Assembly (NCBI GenBank): GCA_976226885.1
Contig: OZ320316.1
Location: 40,610,001 to 40,674,000 of the forward strand
Direction of reading: 5' to 3'
From: Iphione sp. A-MEVVRFRX5
Lineage: Eukaryota
Length of the DNA stretch: 64,000 bases
A model generated the notes under the pieces. It searched no databases. It saw only the letters and a list, made by a program, of their open reading frames with translations, and had not been told where the DNA came from. The position numbers were made by a program, and so were the translations under genes. Shown one piece after another: positions 25,801 through 36,905 of this stretch (position 1 is its first letter; the number at the start of each line of letters is the position of its first letter).

Positions 25801-28254
25801 TACTTGTTGATGCTTGAATATTCAGTACATGGACATGTATTCTTTTTTAACGTTGTTCCCATGTTCAGCACCTGCCGGCGCACTGTGATGTTGACCAGTG
25901 GTTACAACAGAGTGTAGACCATCAACTGTGGGCCACCGCTGGATCGGTGGCACTTCAAAGTAGGGCGTTGGCTTTGGCTCTGCATTGCCACCTACAGGCC
26001 CTGCAGAGAAACAGAGAAGGATTTGCTTGTATTGCAGAAAAACTAGTGCTGATTGCTGAGTTTTATCTAAAGTAAGTATTATCTGAACAACACTAGTTTT
26101 GCTCAGCTATACTGATGAAACTAGCGGTTAACTAGCGGTGGTATCGCAGCTCTCTGTTGTACGACACCCCTCGTGCTTTATGATTATATATACAGTACAC
26201 TCCCTCCCCGTGGACGCGTCTCCAATGTGGATGCGTCTCAAATACGGACGATTTGACGCAGAACGAAATGATTTCCTATTGTTTCCTATAGTAAGCTCAC
26301 GTCTCTAATGCGGACGGCAAAATTTAGAGAATGCCCCCCTACGGACACCTCCCAGACCCAGGTTGTGCGAAATTGGGGCCTGTCAGCCCCCCTGACACCC
26401 CCAAAGAGTAGGATTTTACACCTCTGTATATGGTATCACGCGAATTTCGTGCGACAATTATTCACAAGTTTGGGGCCTACCAGACCCCCTGATACCCTCA
26501 AAGAAGAGGATTTTACACCTCAGGGTGTTGTCGCGCGAATTTGGGGCCTCCCAGACCCCCTGACACCCTCAAAGAGTAGGATTTTACACCTCAGGGTGTT
26601 TTCGCGCGAATATGGGGCCTCCCAGACCCCCTGACTCCCTCAAAGAGTAGGATTTTACCCCTGATATTTCCAGGCTTGACCCCTCTGTAGCGACCTCAAA
26701 TGCGGACGCGTCTCAAATGCGGACGGTTTGGGCCAGAACAGAGGGTGTCCGGAATGGAGGGAGTGTACTGTACATACATGTACATGTGTATTAAATGCAC
26801 ATGAAAATGTTCACAATAGATATACTTGAAATGTTAAACTTAACCTGTGTTAGATTTAACATTTATTGCATGAAACAATATTTCTAACAAAACCACTCAA
26901 CAGTGATCATAATCTTTTTTCCTCATGGGTTTTAACGTCCAGCTACTTTCTCCCGTATAACTTTGTTAATTTTAGAGCATTATGAATTTATCAGTTGTTT
27001 TACTGTTCCCATAAAGTGAACTAGAGGACTTGGGTGCCTCTCGTGGAGCAAACCAGACGCAGGCCGTGCAGGATGTGATTTGCCAAGTAAGATGATATAA
27101 CCAATTTGGCACTGCCGTTAACAAGGCAATTTTACGTTTCCATTCATTAGTATAAATGCACATTGTAGTGACCTCCAATACACAACACTAGTTTCAGCCA
27201 TGTTTTTGACATTACCTGCCTTGGTGTTTTTGATAGCAGAATTATACTGTATTACTATTCTAAGTTGGCAGTAAAAGTGCTGTCATGTTTTGCTACTTCA
27301 GCTTGCTGAGGCCTGGATGAAATATGCCGTTGATATTACTTCATTTATGGACCAGATTAGCAAACACTTGTCTCTTGTCGCATGGCCATTTTTCCTCCTT
27401 ATGACGAGGTAGGTCTACACTTAAAGAATCTTATAGGGTTAGTAAAAGTTAACATTGTGAGGAGGAATATACAATGTACATGTATTGATTACAAATCTTC
27501 TGAAGAGGCCCACATAATGGTGACTCTTTTTACTATCTAAAATCAATGCATTTCAATGTCCAGATATGTTTACCAAAACTAAAGATGAAGCATCATAACA
27601 CCTTACATTTACACGCTTTTGCTTCTCAGAACCTCCCAAGCAGATTCAGATAGCAGTGAATCACCAACCAAGAAACCTTCTCCGCTTACACTACCAGCTG
27701 AGCTGCTCTCGAAACTGACGACATCATTCTGCTTAGAGGTGACGACTTATGTGGTTCAGCTGATTGAACAGGATGGCGCACCTCCCCCGGCAGGGAACAG
27801 CCCACGGCAGGCGCACCTGAGGATGATGGGCCACGACAGCCTGGAGGTATTGGGCTTAATGCCGGCACGTCGCCTTGGCTCTCCTACTAAGTTGTGGGAA
27901 GAGGTACTGCAGAATTTGCAGCCAGCTACGGAGGCAGCCGACGCCATCACACTCACCCCCAGTGAGATGCAGGCTCTAGCAGCAAGTAGCCAGGCAGCAG
28001 GAGAGGTGGGGGAGACAAGCATTGCGAGCATCAAGGCTGAACTGGAGCACAACCCTCCTGCCGTTGTCTTCTCATGTGGTCACCACTTTGCACGTGTTGC
28101 CCTCCTGGAAGAAGCCTCCAAAGATCTGAAGCAGGAGTTGATTGGCAGTGGTATGCTTCATTCAGCCAGCCTCCTAGGTTCCCACTATGCCTACAGAGGG
28201 GTGTTGGCTGTTGCTTGTCCCCATTGTGTGCTTAGTACAATACGGACTAGTTGA
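956..28254 (+). CDS. Large RCC1-repeat protein, claret/GLO-4-like (putative Rab GEF); 5' end upstream of the first confident exon; 27 exons
   Basis: Phase-consistent AG/GT-bounded exons: 956-1125, 1555-1630, 2009-2199, 2519-2642, 2824-2942, 3633-3806, 3955-4469, 5347-5524, 7375-7721, 9685-9781, 9911-10031, 10199-10409, 10846-10888, 11503-11631, 11763-11896, 12319-12445, 12856-13016, 13616-13766, 21948-22082, 22733-22921, 24021-24128, 24410-24541, 25242-25520, 25869-26071, 27017-27086, 27302-27408, 27630-28254 (stop TGA). They sum to 4916 nt of open frame. Clear RCC1 repeats are present (VSCGAHHSIALT, VYAWGDCRFGQLGIG, WTWGWGIHGQLGHG, VFTWGKNLDGQLGIG, WAWGRNDQGQ). A further small exon may lie at 782-813 (GECLLVARAD). 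Exon structure and RCC1 content are high confidence; the claret/GLO-4 assignment is recalled family resemblance only. Confidence 0.85.
4777..4837. repeat. (CT)n microsatellite
   Basis: Direct reading of the sequence. Confidence 0.95.
8583..8710. other. Assembly gap
   Basis: Run of N. Confidence 0.99.
8795..9587. mobile_element. TA-flanked pogo/Tigger-like MITE, family M1
   Basis: Degenerate TIRs cagtgggacatccc / gggacgttcaactg with TA flanks. Subterminal modules are shared with 26193 and 50879. Confidence 0.65.
10601..10775. repeat. 175-bp palindromic (foldback MITE-like) element
   Basis: Arms of about 54 bp, aatggaccgatcgccagcggcgaaagaaac...ggacgtcacttttac and gtaaaagtgacgtcc...gtttctttcgctgctggtgatcggtccatt, are near-perfect reverse complements. 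Confidence 0.85.
15170..15585. other. Assembly gap
   Basis: Run of N. Confidence 0.99.
15586..16475. repeat. CT-rich then GA-rich low-complexity tract spanning a gap
   Basis: Direct reading of the sequence. The long ORFs predicted here are gap and low-complexity artefacts. Confidence 0.9.
16020..16220. other. Assembly gap
   Basis: Run of N. Confidence 0.99.
17995..18152. repeat. Minisatellite, about 31-bp unit x5
   Basis: Repeated aaaactcaggtgaattcgtc(c)gaaaa units. Confidence 0.75.
18416..20480 (+). pseudogene. DIRS RT / RNase H / methyltransferase-like remnants (frameshifted, interrupted)
   Basis: DLKSDFHVVPVHMDHQKYLAFSWNGQYFWFVVMPF; VLAYLDNLLVVG; FTDASGIGW; HFNTLELKAIWLGL; AYVNRQGGSKS; YIPGAENVEADYLS; WRPDPDTKFVDAFSFDW; SAILVVPLWQTQ. 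Confidence 0.85.
18806..19327 (-). mobile_element. Solo LTR (522 bp) inserted into the DIRS RT
   Basis: tgtaacac...gtgttaca termini with a 4-bp TSD gacc (18802-18805 / 19328-19331). On the - strand a TATATAAG precedes AATAAA. A related partial copy starts at about 33025. Confidence 0.75.
20900..21319 (+). pseudogene. DIRS tyrosine recombinase remnant
   Basis: KHNRAGKQP...SICVVTHVRDY, then LLISYVPPYQSVS...RWVREVLFIAGIDMGTFTVHSTLAASASK...EVVETCG (degenerate H-S-T-R box). Confidence 0.8.
23604..23781. mobile_element. Degenerate TA-flanked MITE
   Basis: cattggagtctt is inverted against aagattctactg; TA flanks; internal direct repeat atcgatttccgacc. Confidence 0.45.
24659..24819. mobile_element. 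Degenerate TA-flanked MITE
   Basis: cagttgttcatgtgtaaccg is inverted against cggttacagcaggaccactg; TA flanks. Confidence 0.5.
26193..26770. mobile_element. TA-flanked MITE, family M1
   Basis: Perfect 15-bp TIR cagtacactccctcc / ggagggagtgtactg with TA flanks. An internal repeat of about 60 bp occurs 4 times. Confidence 0.8.
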
Positions 28255-28939
28255 TGCCTGTTATCCCTAGAAATCTGTACCTCAGTATGTACTTTAATCA
28301 GATGCTGTGTATAAGAATGGCAGTCCTATTAACAGAATGTAAGAGGGTTTTACTTCCAGGGACAGTTTATCTTTTCAGAATAATGAGTTGCTTATGTTTA
28401 TAGTTTTTTAAAATGTTATTCTTCCTGACAGAAACATACATTTAGTACTTAAAAATCAGGACATCCTCGGTACAGACTTCATCGCAGGTATAAGACATAT
28501 ACAATGAAATTAGAATGAAGTTTATGGTGACAGGATGTAGTAGTTTATGGGTATGTACACATGTATTGAGTGCTTTACTGATGTAACTTCTCTTGTATAC
28601 TTCTGTAACCGTACACATACAGCTGTTAAACTTTAGAGATAAACTACATTGGAACAAATTTCAACATGTAAATACATGTACGTAAATAACATATCAATTT
28701 CACTTTTACTATCTTCAAGTATTCCAAGGCTGCGTTGGCCCCAGGAACAGTAAGCCCGTACAATCAGCCATGTCAAACAAATGGTATAGATAGATAAGCG
28801 GAGACAAAAGTACGCTTCATTCAGCCAGCCTCCTATAATCTCCTCTAGTATCAATATATTTATGATACCATTTAAACACTGTGATAAATCCAAAAACTGG
28901 ATATAGAAGTATTTCGATTTTAATCAGAGTTGTTTATTA

Positions 28940-29488
28940 CAGTAGAAACCCACCTAACTACCAACTGCTGGGGGCGACCACTCGCTTCAGGTGACCAATT
29001 TTGGGCAGAATGGAACTATTTTCTGTACTTTTCCTATATGTAAGTCACTCATGGAGGTGATCACTTACCTTGGGCGATGACTGTTAAGAACGAAAAGACC
29101 GTGTTCACTCCGAGGCGACCACTCCTCCATATCAGAACGTTTGAATGGTTATTTATTGTCAGTGTGAGACTAGAAGTGTTAGCACAGCCACTCTTCCCTA
29201 ACAAAACAATGTTTGAAGCATTATTCATTGTCTAAGGTAGTGGGTACAGGTATTAGCACAATCACTTCTCCCTAACAGAGATGGTAACAGAGGGTATCCA
29301 CAGGTGAGAGAGGCGCGAGCTCACCTCAGACACCCCTGACACCCTGGAGGAGGTGGGAGTTCGCACCTCTGTGAAGTTTGTTGAAAGAGAGGTAGAAGGG
29401 AAATTCATTGCTGGGACGACCCCCTCACAGAGAAGACCACTTTCTTTCACCCAGCCCCCTAGGTGGTCGCCCCCGTGGGTTTCTACTG
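28940..29488. mobile_element. TA-flanked MITE
   Basis: TIR cagtagaaaccc / gggtttctactg with TA flanks and repeated gcgacc(a) subterminal motifs. Confidence 0.75.
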
Positions 29489-29875
29489 TATCTTACATTA
29501 AAATCAAATGAGTAGACGTCATTAATTCCTACCCATTGAACCATTTACTTTGTAGAACAGAGTTATAACCTTAAGGGAAAGGAATCATATCAGGAATTCA
29601 AAGTTATTTTTATACTGTTTCAGTTAGAAAAGGGAACTAATATTAAACTGGTTATTTTGGACTTTAATGCAAAAGTAGCTTAGTACCACGTAAAAGGTGT
29701 TCGTCGTTGCAATTTTTGGTGCATGTGTATATTTCCTGTTATTACTTAACATGTTGCATTTATTAATCTGTTGTTAATTAGCACTTCATATATATATATA
29801 TATATATATACCTGTGCTCTAAACCAAATACAGTTTGTTATGAAAAGAAAATTTAACTAGTTGTTCGTTACCAGT

Positions 29876-30411
29876 ATACCCCGTCGGCCCCTCTTTACCG
29901 GAGGGGTACCGGAATGCGAAAATATGTCCGGTTACGAGGGGGTCTGGAGTGGCGATCCGAGCACCATGCGTCTCCTGGTGGGCAAAACTCATAATAGTAA
30001 AGTATGGGAGCCTGCGCGACACAATGACAATGGATAGGGGTTTGTTTGAAGTGCATAGCGTCAGTCGCTTGAAAAACACAGGACATCCGTTGACGCGCTG
30101 AGTGACTCTAACTACAAAGGGGCTTGGAGGGGGACTTCTTAAGCCTTATCACACATCGGTGAGAGGAGGCGTTAGGGGTACAAAGAATTTACAGCCCGCG
30201 GCCCTCCTTTGACAAGACGCCTCCGGTTAAATGGCTGTATTTCCTATGTTAAATGCTCTAAAATGTAGCTAAAATTCGTCCGAATACGGAAAAGCAGGGT
30301 CCGGTTAGCTAGTATAATTTTAATAGTAAAACATTTGGTTATTCGAATACCGTCCGGTTATGATGGTATTCCGGACACGAGGGGTCCAGTTGGGGCGGGC
30401 CGACGGTAGTA
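29876..30411. mobile_element. MITE-like element of unclear superfamily
   Basis: Inverted termini ccgtcggccc / gggccgacgg and many internal ccgg(t)ta motifs. No TSD was identified. Confidence 0.5.
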
Positions 30412-31009
30412 TCTTTTGTTCTTGTATGCCTGCAGTTACATAGCATTTGGATTGTTCTGTTTTATTTTTTTAATAAAGTTATCCCCTCGGTTATTCTTTC
30501 ATTCGTCCTGTTTTTGTTCAGGGAAAATAGTTTACTCGTGACTTAGTACCGATTTAACTTCAGGAGCACTCTTTCCAGCCTGTCACTTTGAAAAATGAGA
30601 ATGACATAAGCAGATTATAGTGAGGGGAGAGACTACTAAAAAAAGAACCCAATCCCCCAAAATTGCCTAGTCATTTATAATGACATCAAATCCTGAAATG
30701 GGAAACTCAGAATTCAGAGAACAAGAATATCAGCCAGGACTCCTAGATGTATGCACCAACCTAGGGCAAAGGGAAAGGTAAAAGGCAGAAAGCAGGCAGC
30801 CCTATTGGATCACTAAGCAGTATGTGTGACTCTAGCCAGAAATGACGTCGTCTGACCATCAGCAAGAGGAAGATGTCAAGCAGGGTTTTATACCTGTATG
30901 TATGATTGCAGATGACCACTTCTAGTCCCATCTTGAATTTTAACACAATCGAATGACTTTTTGTGATTCATAACATGACCAACCACTGAGATACATCACC
31001 TGTCATGAC

Positions 31010-32746
31010 TTTTCAATGGAGGTTATATCCTCTATGGTTGGTACTTGTTAGAGGATAGTATGACCTCCATTTATGGAGCCGGGTAAAGTGTGGTCAAGTG
31101 GGAGGGGCCTATTCTTTGAAGTCTGAGCCGGTGTGCATCCCCTTAGATCACTGAAGAGATACCCTCTTCCAACGTGATGTGGAGATATCTCTATGGGACT
31201 TGCAATGGTTAAGGGTGGAGGGGGAGGACTCTCCTCCCGGACGAAGTATCTGTCAGTCACTTCAGAGCCACCAGAGCGGGAGGGAAGCAGGTGGGACTGT
31301 CAATCATGCTGCTCTGACTGGACGGCAAGAACTTGCAGGGGAGGGGGCTAGAGCAGGAGGGAACAGGGTGGGAACGTGAAGCAGACCTTCCCCCTCCTCT
31401 AACAGCTCCCCCATGGCGGCCAGACACCACCAGAGTCGCCTCGGCCGTGAGCAGACCTTCCCCCTCCTCTAACAGCCCCCCACGGCCGCCACAGGCATCT
31501 TGAGGCGGCATCGTGGGTAGCATTACAAGACAGAAGTGAGTGGGAACAATAGGTTTATTCAAAACACACACATAACACATATACATAATCAAACATCAAG
31601 TCTAGAGAGACAACCGTGGAGGTTCCTGGGAGGCAGGTGGAGGTTCTATTCCCTGCCTCCACTTAAGAGTCTAGGATACTGTCCTACTTTAGGCCTGTTT
31701 GGCCTGCTCTGTCCCTAATGTCTTGTGCCCGCCTGGGCGTCTGTGGGCGGCCAGGTGTGCTGAGAACAGGGAGGGTGGGCGGGCTCTCGAAAGGCAGTAG
31801 CAGAATGCTGGAGGAGGGAAGTGGGGGGTCCCACATTACCTCCGGCCGGAAGGGACTCACTTCTGGGAGGCAATGACTGCGCATGTATTCATGCGCCACC
31901 AGTCCTTCCCCCACCTCTGAGGACCCCCCCCCCCCCCACGGCCGCCACAGGCGTCCTAGGGAGGCCCCAGTCACTCTGCAATGGTTTTCACAGTAATTGT
32001 ATGTAAAATAGAAAATCTGTTGTAACTTGAGAACTATTGCACTTAGAAGGACGGGACTTGAACCAAAATACTTCTAGGTAGGCCCTGAATGTTCCCCAGT
32101 GGTTTTCTCACTAATTTTATGCAGAACGGCAACTTTCACAATTCTAGGCTGGTGTCTGCCAGTCATGGGGGGGTCCTCAGAGGTGGGGGAAGGACTGCTA
32201 CCCACGCTGCTGCTTCGGGACGCGTGTGGCGGCCGTGGGGGGGTCCTCAGAGGTGGGGGAAGGACTGCTACCCACAATGCCGCCTCGTGGGCTTTATTTT
32301 TTCTATCTCATTTTTACGTGGGCATCGAGGCGCCACATATGAGTGAGAACATAAAAGAGTATGAGTGTGAGTGAGACCATAACTAAGAATAAGAGTGAGA
32401 ACATAAGTGTCAGTAAGACCATGAAGAGAGCAGGAATATGAATGAGAACATGAGGGTGAGTGAGAATATATTAGAGAGTATGAACATAGAGTGACCCAGT
32501 CCAAAGGTGGGTAAAGAGAAAAAACTGTGAGAACTTGGAAACTATTGTACATACAAGGATGGGACTTCAACCAAAATACTTCAGGGCAATGGACACAGGT
32601 GATAGGGGGTTGTCAGGGTGACCCGGTGTATGTGTGTGTAAAGAGAAAAACTATCTTGGCAACTATTAATTCATATGTACCATTTCAACATTATAGAGGA
32701 AGAATATGACCTCCATTTGCAGCCCTGGCTGCACCTGTTACTTGTA
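31010..32746. mobile_element. HINE-like element, copy B
   Basis: Same left-end hairpin design. The 54-nt right end (32693-32746) is identical to that of copy A (16550-16603). Confidence 0.7.
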
Positions 32747-34569
32747 AATCTACTAGTTTGGGATATTGCATAGATGGGAGACCTCGGCATAATCTACACT
32801 TGATTAATGTTATTGCTAGTGCTACACAACCTATTGCTACCCCCAAACCACAACCCCTCTTAGCGATCAGTCATTTATAAGTTAAAAACATGGACGGGCA
32901 GGTGAGCAGGTTAAACGTAAAAATTTAGGATGCAACCATGAGATAAGGGGGAATTGGCAGCCCTGTATCAATGTGTTCTCCCAGCAATCCTGATGACTAT
33001 CATTCAAAAAGACTGATTGGGGTGTGTAGCACAAAGTGAGCACCACACCAGTAAGTGAGATTGTCAAACCAACTCTCTTATACTCAACTTTGTGACAAAT
33101 ACTGCGCACAAGAATTGCACGTTCTCAAAACAACCATTAATTACAACAGTCTAAATAATGGATACCTATTAGGTTTTACATCTGGTGATGTCATAGCTTC
33201 AACTGCCCAGGGTATCATATTAGATCTAGATGATAAGGGAACATTCTATAAACAAGTCTTTTATTGATAAGAATGTAGAGACTGTTTCCTAGGAAGTAAT
33301 GTGCAGCATTACAAGATGAGTTCCACTGATATTGCCACAAAAGAATGAATGAGCCTAAGGCAATCAAGTTTGCCATCCTCAGTAGTTGCTGATGACTTCT
33401 TAGGCAGTAACTCCCATTTCCCATTAAAAGATATGTGGTTAAATACAATGTTACAAGATAGTTGTGTTTTACTGAGTTTCAAGATTGCATATCACAAGAG
33501 TGCAATTTGGATTTAGGATGTATGCATTTTACAAACATGATTATGGAAGATAAACCCACACTTCGGATATCCAAGAACTGGGCAAGGGTGGTTTAGCCAG
33601 CAGATGAATTTATTCCATGCCTGTGCATGAAAAGGGTGTGCATACCACCCGCTGATAGCCTGCAGTAAAATGACGCATACCACATGCCTGTGCGGTACAC
33701 AGTTCACTCATAACTCACTTTCCAATTTAGGGAAATAAATTAGAAAAGAGGGTTAGTGTTGGATTTATAAAATCAAGAAAGGGGTTAGGGTTAGGGTTAG
33801 AGTTGGCATTATTTCATTAAATAGATTTAAAATCAAGTAGAAAGCCTGATGTCATTGTGAACGTCATTGTGATGTCATACAAAATGGCGGGGGTAGGCCG
33901 CCATAGCGCATTCACTCCTGTTAATTGAAATAATTAAATGAATTAAAAGCAAAATATGGAAAAGTAATTAGTTTTGGTTTATGGTGTTGGCTGGATAACA
34001 TAATGAGTCTTGGTTCTTGCCACTCAGACACCCAGCCATGGAGCGACCAAGGTGTACCACTGCCGAAAGGGCCAAAAATTGATTGCAGCAGGGTTTATAG
34101 CATCAGAAAGAGATAAGGAATTTGAGAAAGGCATGTCAGAGGATGAAGAGGACCTGACAGAGATTTACTTATTGATGCTGAAGAAAGTGATTCAGATGAC
34201 CTGATGACAGACGATGATGATGAACAGAGACCAGTTTCTAATGACAATAAGGCAAAGACGTAACTATTTGATGGTTTTGTTGGAGAATGTGTATTTTAAT
34301 TATTTGAGTAAGGAAAAACATGAAAAGTAGCTGATATGTGATTGTTTCTTTGTTGGATTTGTTGTTCTGTAATCGTGTGGGCAACTATTTTTGTCTAAAA
34401 CGAAAATGACTTCAAGGGGGCACTATCTGGGATAGTTTTACAATCTTGTAATGTGGGTATATGTTATAAGTAATATGGCCTTGTATGAGTGAATGTGCAA
34501 CACTGAGAGGTATGATTATGATAATTTGCAGGAACTACTCCTACGAAACACCTGATGATGAGCTGATTT

Positions 34570-34785
34570 GTTTTCCAATTGTCCCGATGTCGTCTTGTCC
34601 CACGTCCTAGTTGTCCCGTCCTGGTCCCTCTTGTCCCATCGTCTTAGTCCAGTTATCCCATCGCCTTAGTCCAGTTGTCCTGCAAAAGTCCAGTTGTCCC
34701 ACTTCTTTATTCTATAAAGACTCTGGCTTGTGCAATTGTCTTAGTCTGGTTGTCCTGTCGTCTTAGTCCAGTTGTGCCACCACCA
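34570..34785. repeat. Degenerate minisatellite, about 22-bp unit
   Basis: Repeated gtcttagtccagttgtccc units. Confidence 0.6.
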
Positions 34786-35019
34786 GTACCACCTACCTGT
34801 GAAGAGACTACCCCCTTGGGCAAGGTGTACACCCTCAGGTTGGCCAAGTCCCAGCAGAAAGAAAATCCCCCGGTGGAGGGTGCCAAGCCTGCGTCCCCCT
34901 ACTGGTAGCGTCAACAGCCTAGACATGAGGCCCAGCTCCCATGCCAGCCAGCCATAGATGAGGAAGTTGGCGCCATGCCCCCCCCCCTAGGGCACCACCC
35001 CCTCTAGTAGTCATTTTTT

Positions 35020-36257
35020 AGCTTTCCCAATCCACTGAAAAGACTTTGAAATTCCTTGTGGAAGTCTGAGTACCTTGTTTCACATGGAAAACCTCCCTAG
35101 ATGGCTCCAAGAGAGTGAATGCTTCACAGGCCTTTTTGCTTGACAATGATGACTTTTGGTTCTTCACCACATACACTGTCTCTTGGTGTAGCCTCTCCCC
35201 GACTTCCAGTAGAGCATTGACAGCCCCAAGAACTTGCAGCTTGGTTCTGCCAAGGCTATAAAGAGTTTTCTTTGTCTTCATCAACTCAGTGCGACTTCCT
35301 CATTGCTCAAGACAGTCACCTCAGCTCCAGTGTCAAGCTTGAACTGACAGGCATAGCCATCTACTTTTATGATGACCTTCCAGTAATCACTTCACCTAGA
35401 AATGAGTCAAATTCATAATCGTCCTGCCCGACCTCTTGGATCTGCTTCCTCATGTTACAGACTGTCGCGTAGTGGCCCTTCCCCTTGCAGTTGTTGCATC
35501 TTGCATTCTTTGCTGGGCACTCAGACCAAGGATGAGGACTACGGCTGCACCAACGACATTTCTTGATTGATGTCTGTCCTGAGGACAGTGTGGGCTTTGT
35601 TGGCTTCCTCCCTTTTTTCTGTTTATGTGATGTATTTTTGACATGGTCAACGGGATGCTACCCGGGATACTTTAGTGCCTTCAATTGTCTGTTTATGTAC
35701 TCTGGACAATTCATTTGCACGCAGACTCTGGACACTCCTCTTAAGATCTGGGACAGGTCATCACGAAGGAGCCTGTCTCACACTGCTGGGTCAGTTGTTC
35801 CAATGACCAGCCGATCACATATAAGGCTATCTTTCAGTTTCTCAAACTCACATGAATCTGCTAGTTGTCACAGTTGGACCACATAGTCATCAACAGTGTC
35901 ACTAGCCTGTTGGCAGGCAGTGTTAAACTTATAGTGTTCAAACAAGACGTGTCTTTGTGGTACAAAATGCTCCCTAAGCTGCAGTATTATTCTCTCAAGG
36001 TCTTTCTTATCAGCTTCCGAGAGAGAGGGCAGATTGTACATCACCTTCATGCAGTCTTTCCCCATAACACTACACAATGTAGATGCTACCTGCAGCATCC
36101 CCACTTCGTTAGTTGTGCCATCTGAAGCCTTCATCTTGTTCACCAACTCGGTAACGATCACATAATGACCTCATGCTTGTTCAAAATCCTTCCAGTTTTC
36201 AACAATAGCACCTTGTAGGCTCATGGAGGTTGGTGGGGGTATCTGGTAGGCTGCCAT
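35020..36257 (-). pseudogene. Decayed Ty3/Gypsy gag-protease
   Basis: MAAYQIPPPTSMSLQGAIVENWKDFEQA*..., then LREHFVPQRHVLFEHYKF, a zinc knuckle CNNCKGKGHYATVC and the aspartic protease motif FKLDTGAEVTVL. Several in-frame TGA stops are present. Confidence 0.85.
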
Positions 36258-36905
36258 TTTGAATCAGTAATTTATTGTGGGCTTGGTATCTAACTGGTCG
36301 GAACAGTACCTATTGCTAAGCAACCAGCAAATACATTCAAATGTATGCACTTTTTTTTCATTTTTTCTTTTTTCTGTCAACTTACTAAGGAACACACATA
36401 GGATCCTGTTTCACAAGCCATCATTTCCAAATTTTCTGGCCTTATCATATCTAGAATAATATCACTCAGTGAAAGGTCTTTGATATCTGTTTTGTTAACT
36501 CCATAAATTGAAGCCTGATCAGAAGCTTTTTTTGGGTTACTTTGACCTACTAGGGTAATTTTAACCTACCAATTCTAATTTTGCTTCTTGTAAGGGCTTT
36601 AACTTACGATACAAGAAATTATATTCTTTTACTTGTTCTATGACTTACTTCATGGTTTCTTTCATCACTATATATTGATTTCATGTAATTTGAAACATTT
36701 TATTATCTCATATACAGAGGGAAGTCGAAATCCGAACACTTGAAAACCGAATTTTCCCAAAACCGAATGATATTTCTGGAACCAAACGTTTCTCTCTATG
36801 TAGCTAATCATATATCCGAAATATTCAATTTCCGAAACCGAACACTGTCATTTGGTCAAAATGCATTTAAAATTATATTAAAAAAACGAATGCTCTGTCT
36901 TCCAC

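Noticed and set aside
33500-34230. Possible piggyBac-type transposase remnants (NAYIL-like motif on - strand; acidic patch on + strand)
   Set aside because: The matches are too degenerate, lie on opposite strands, and no TTAA-bounded TIR pair was established.
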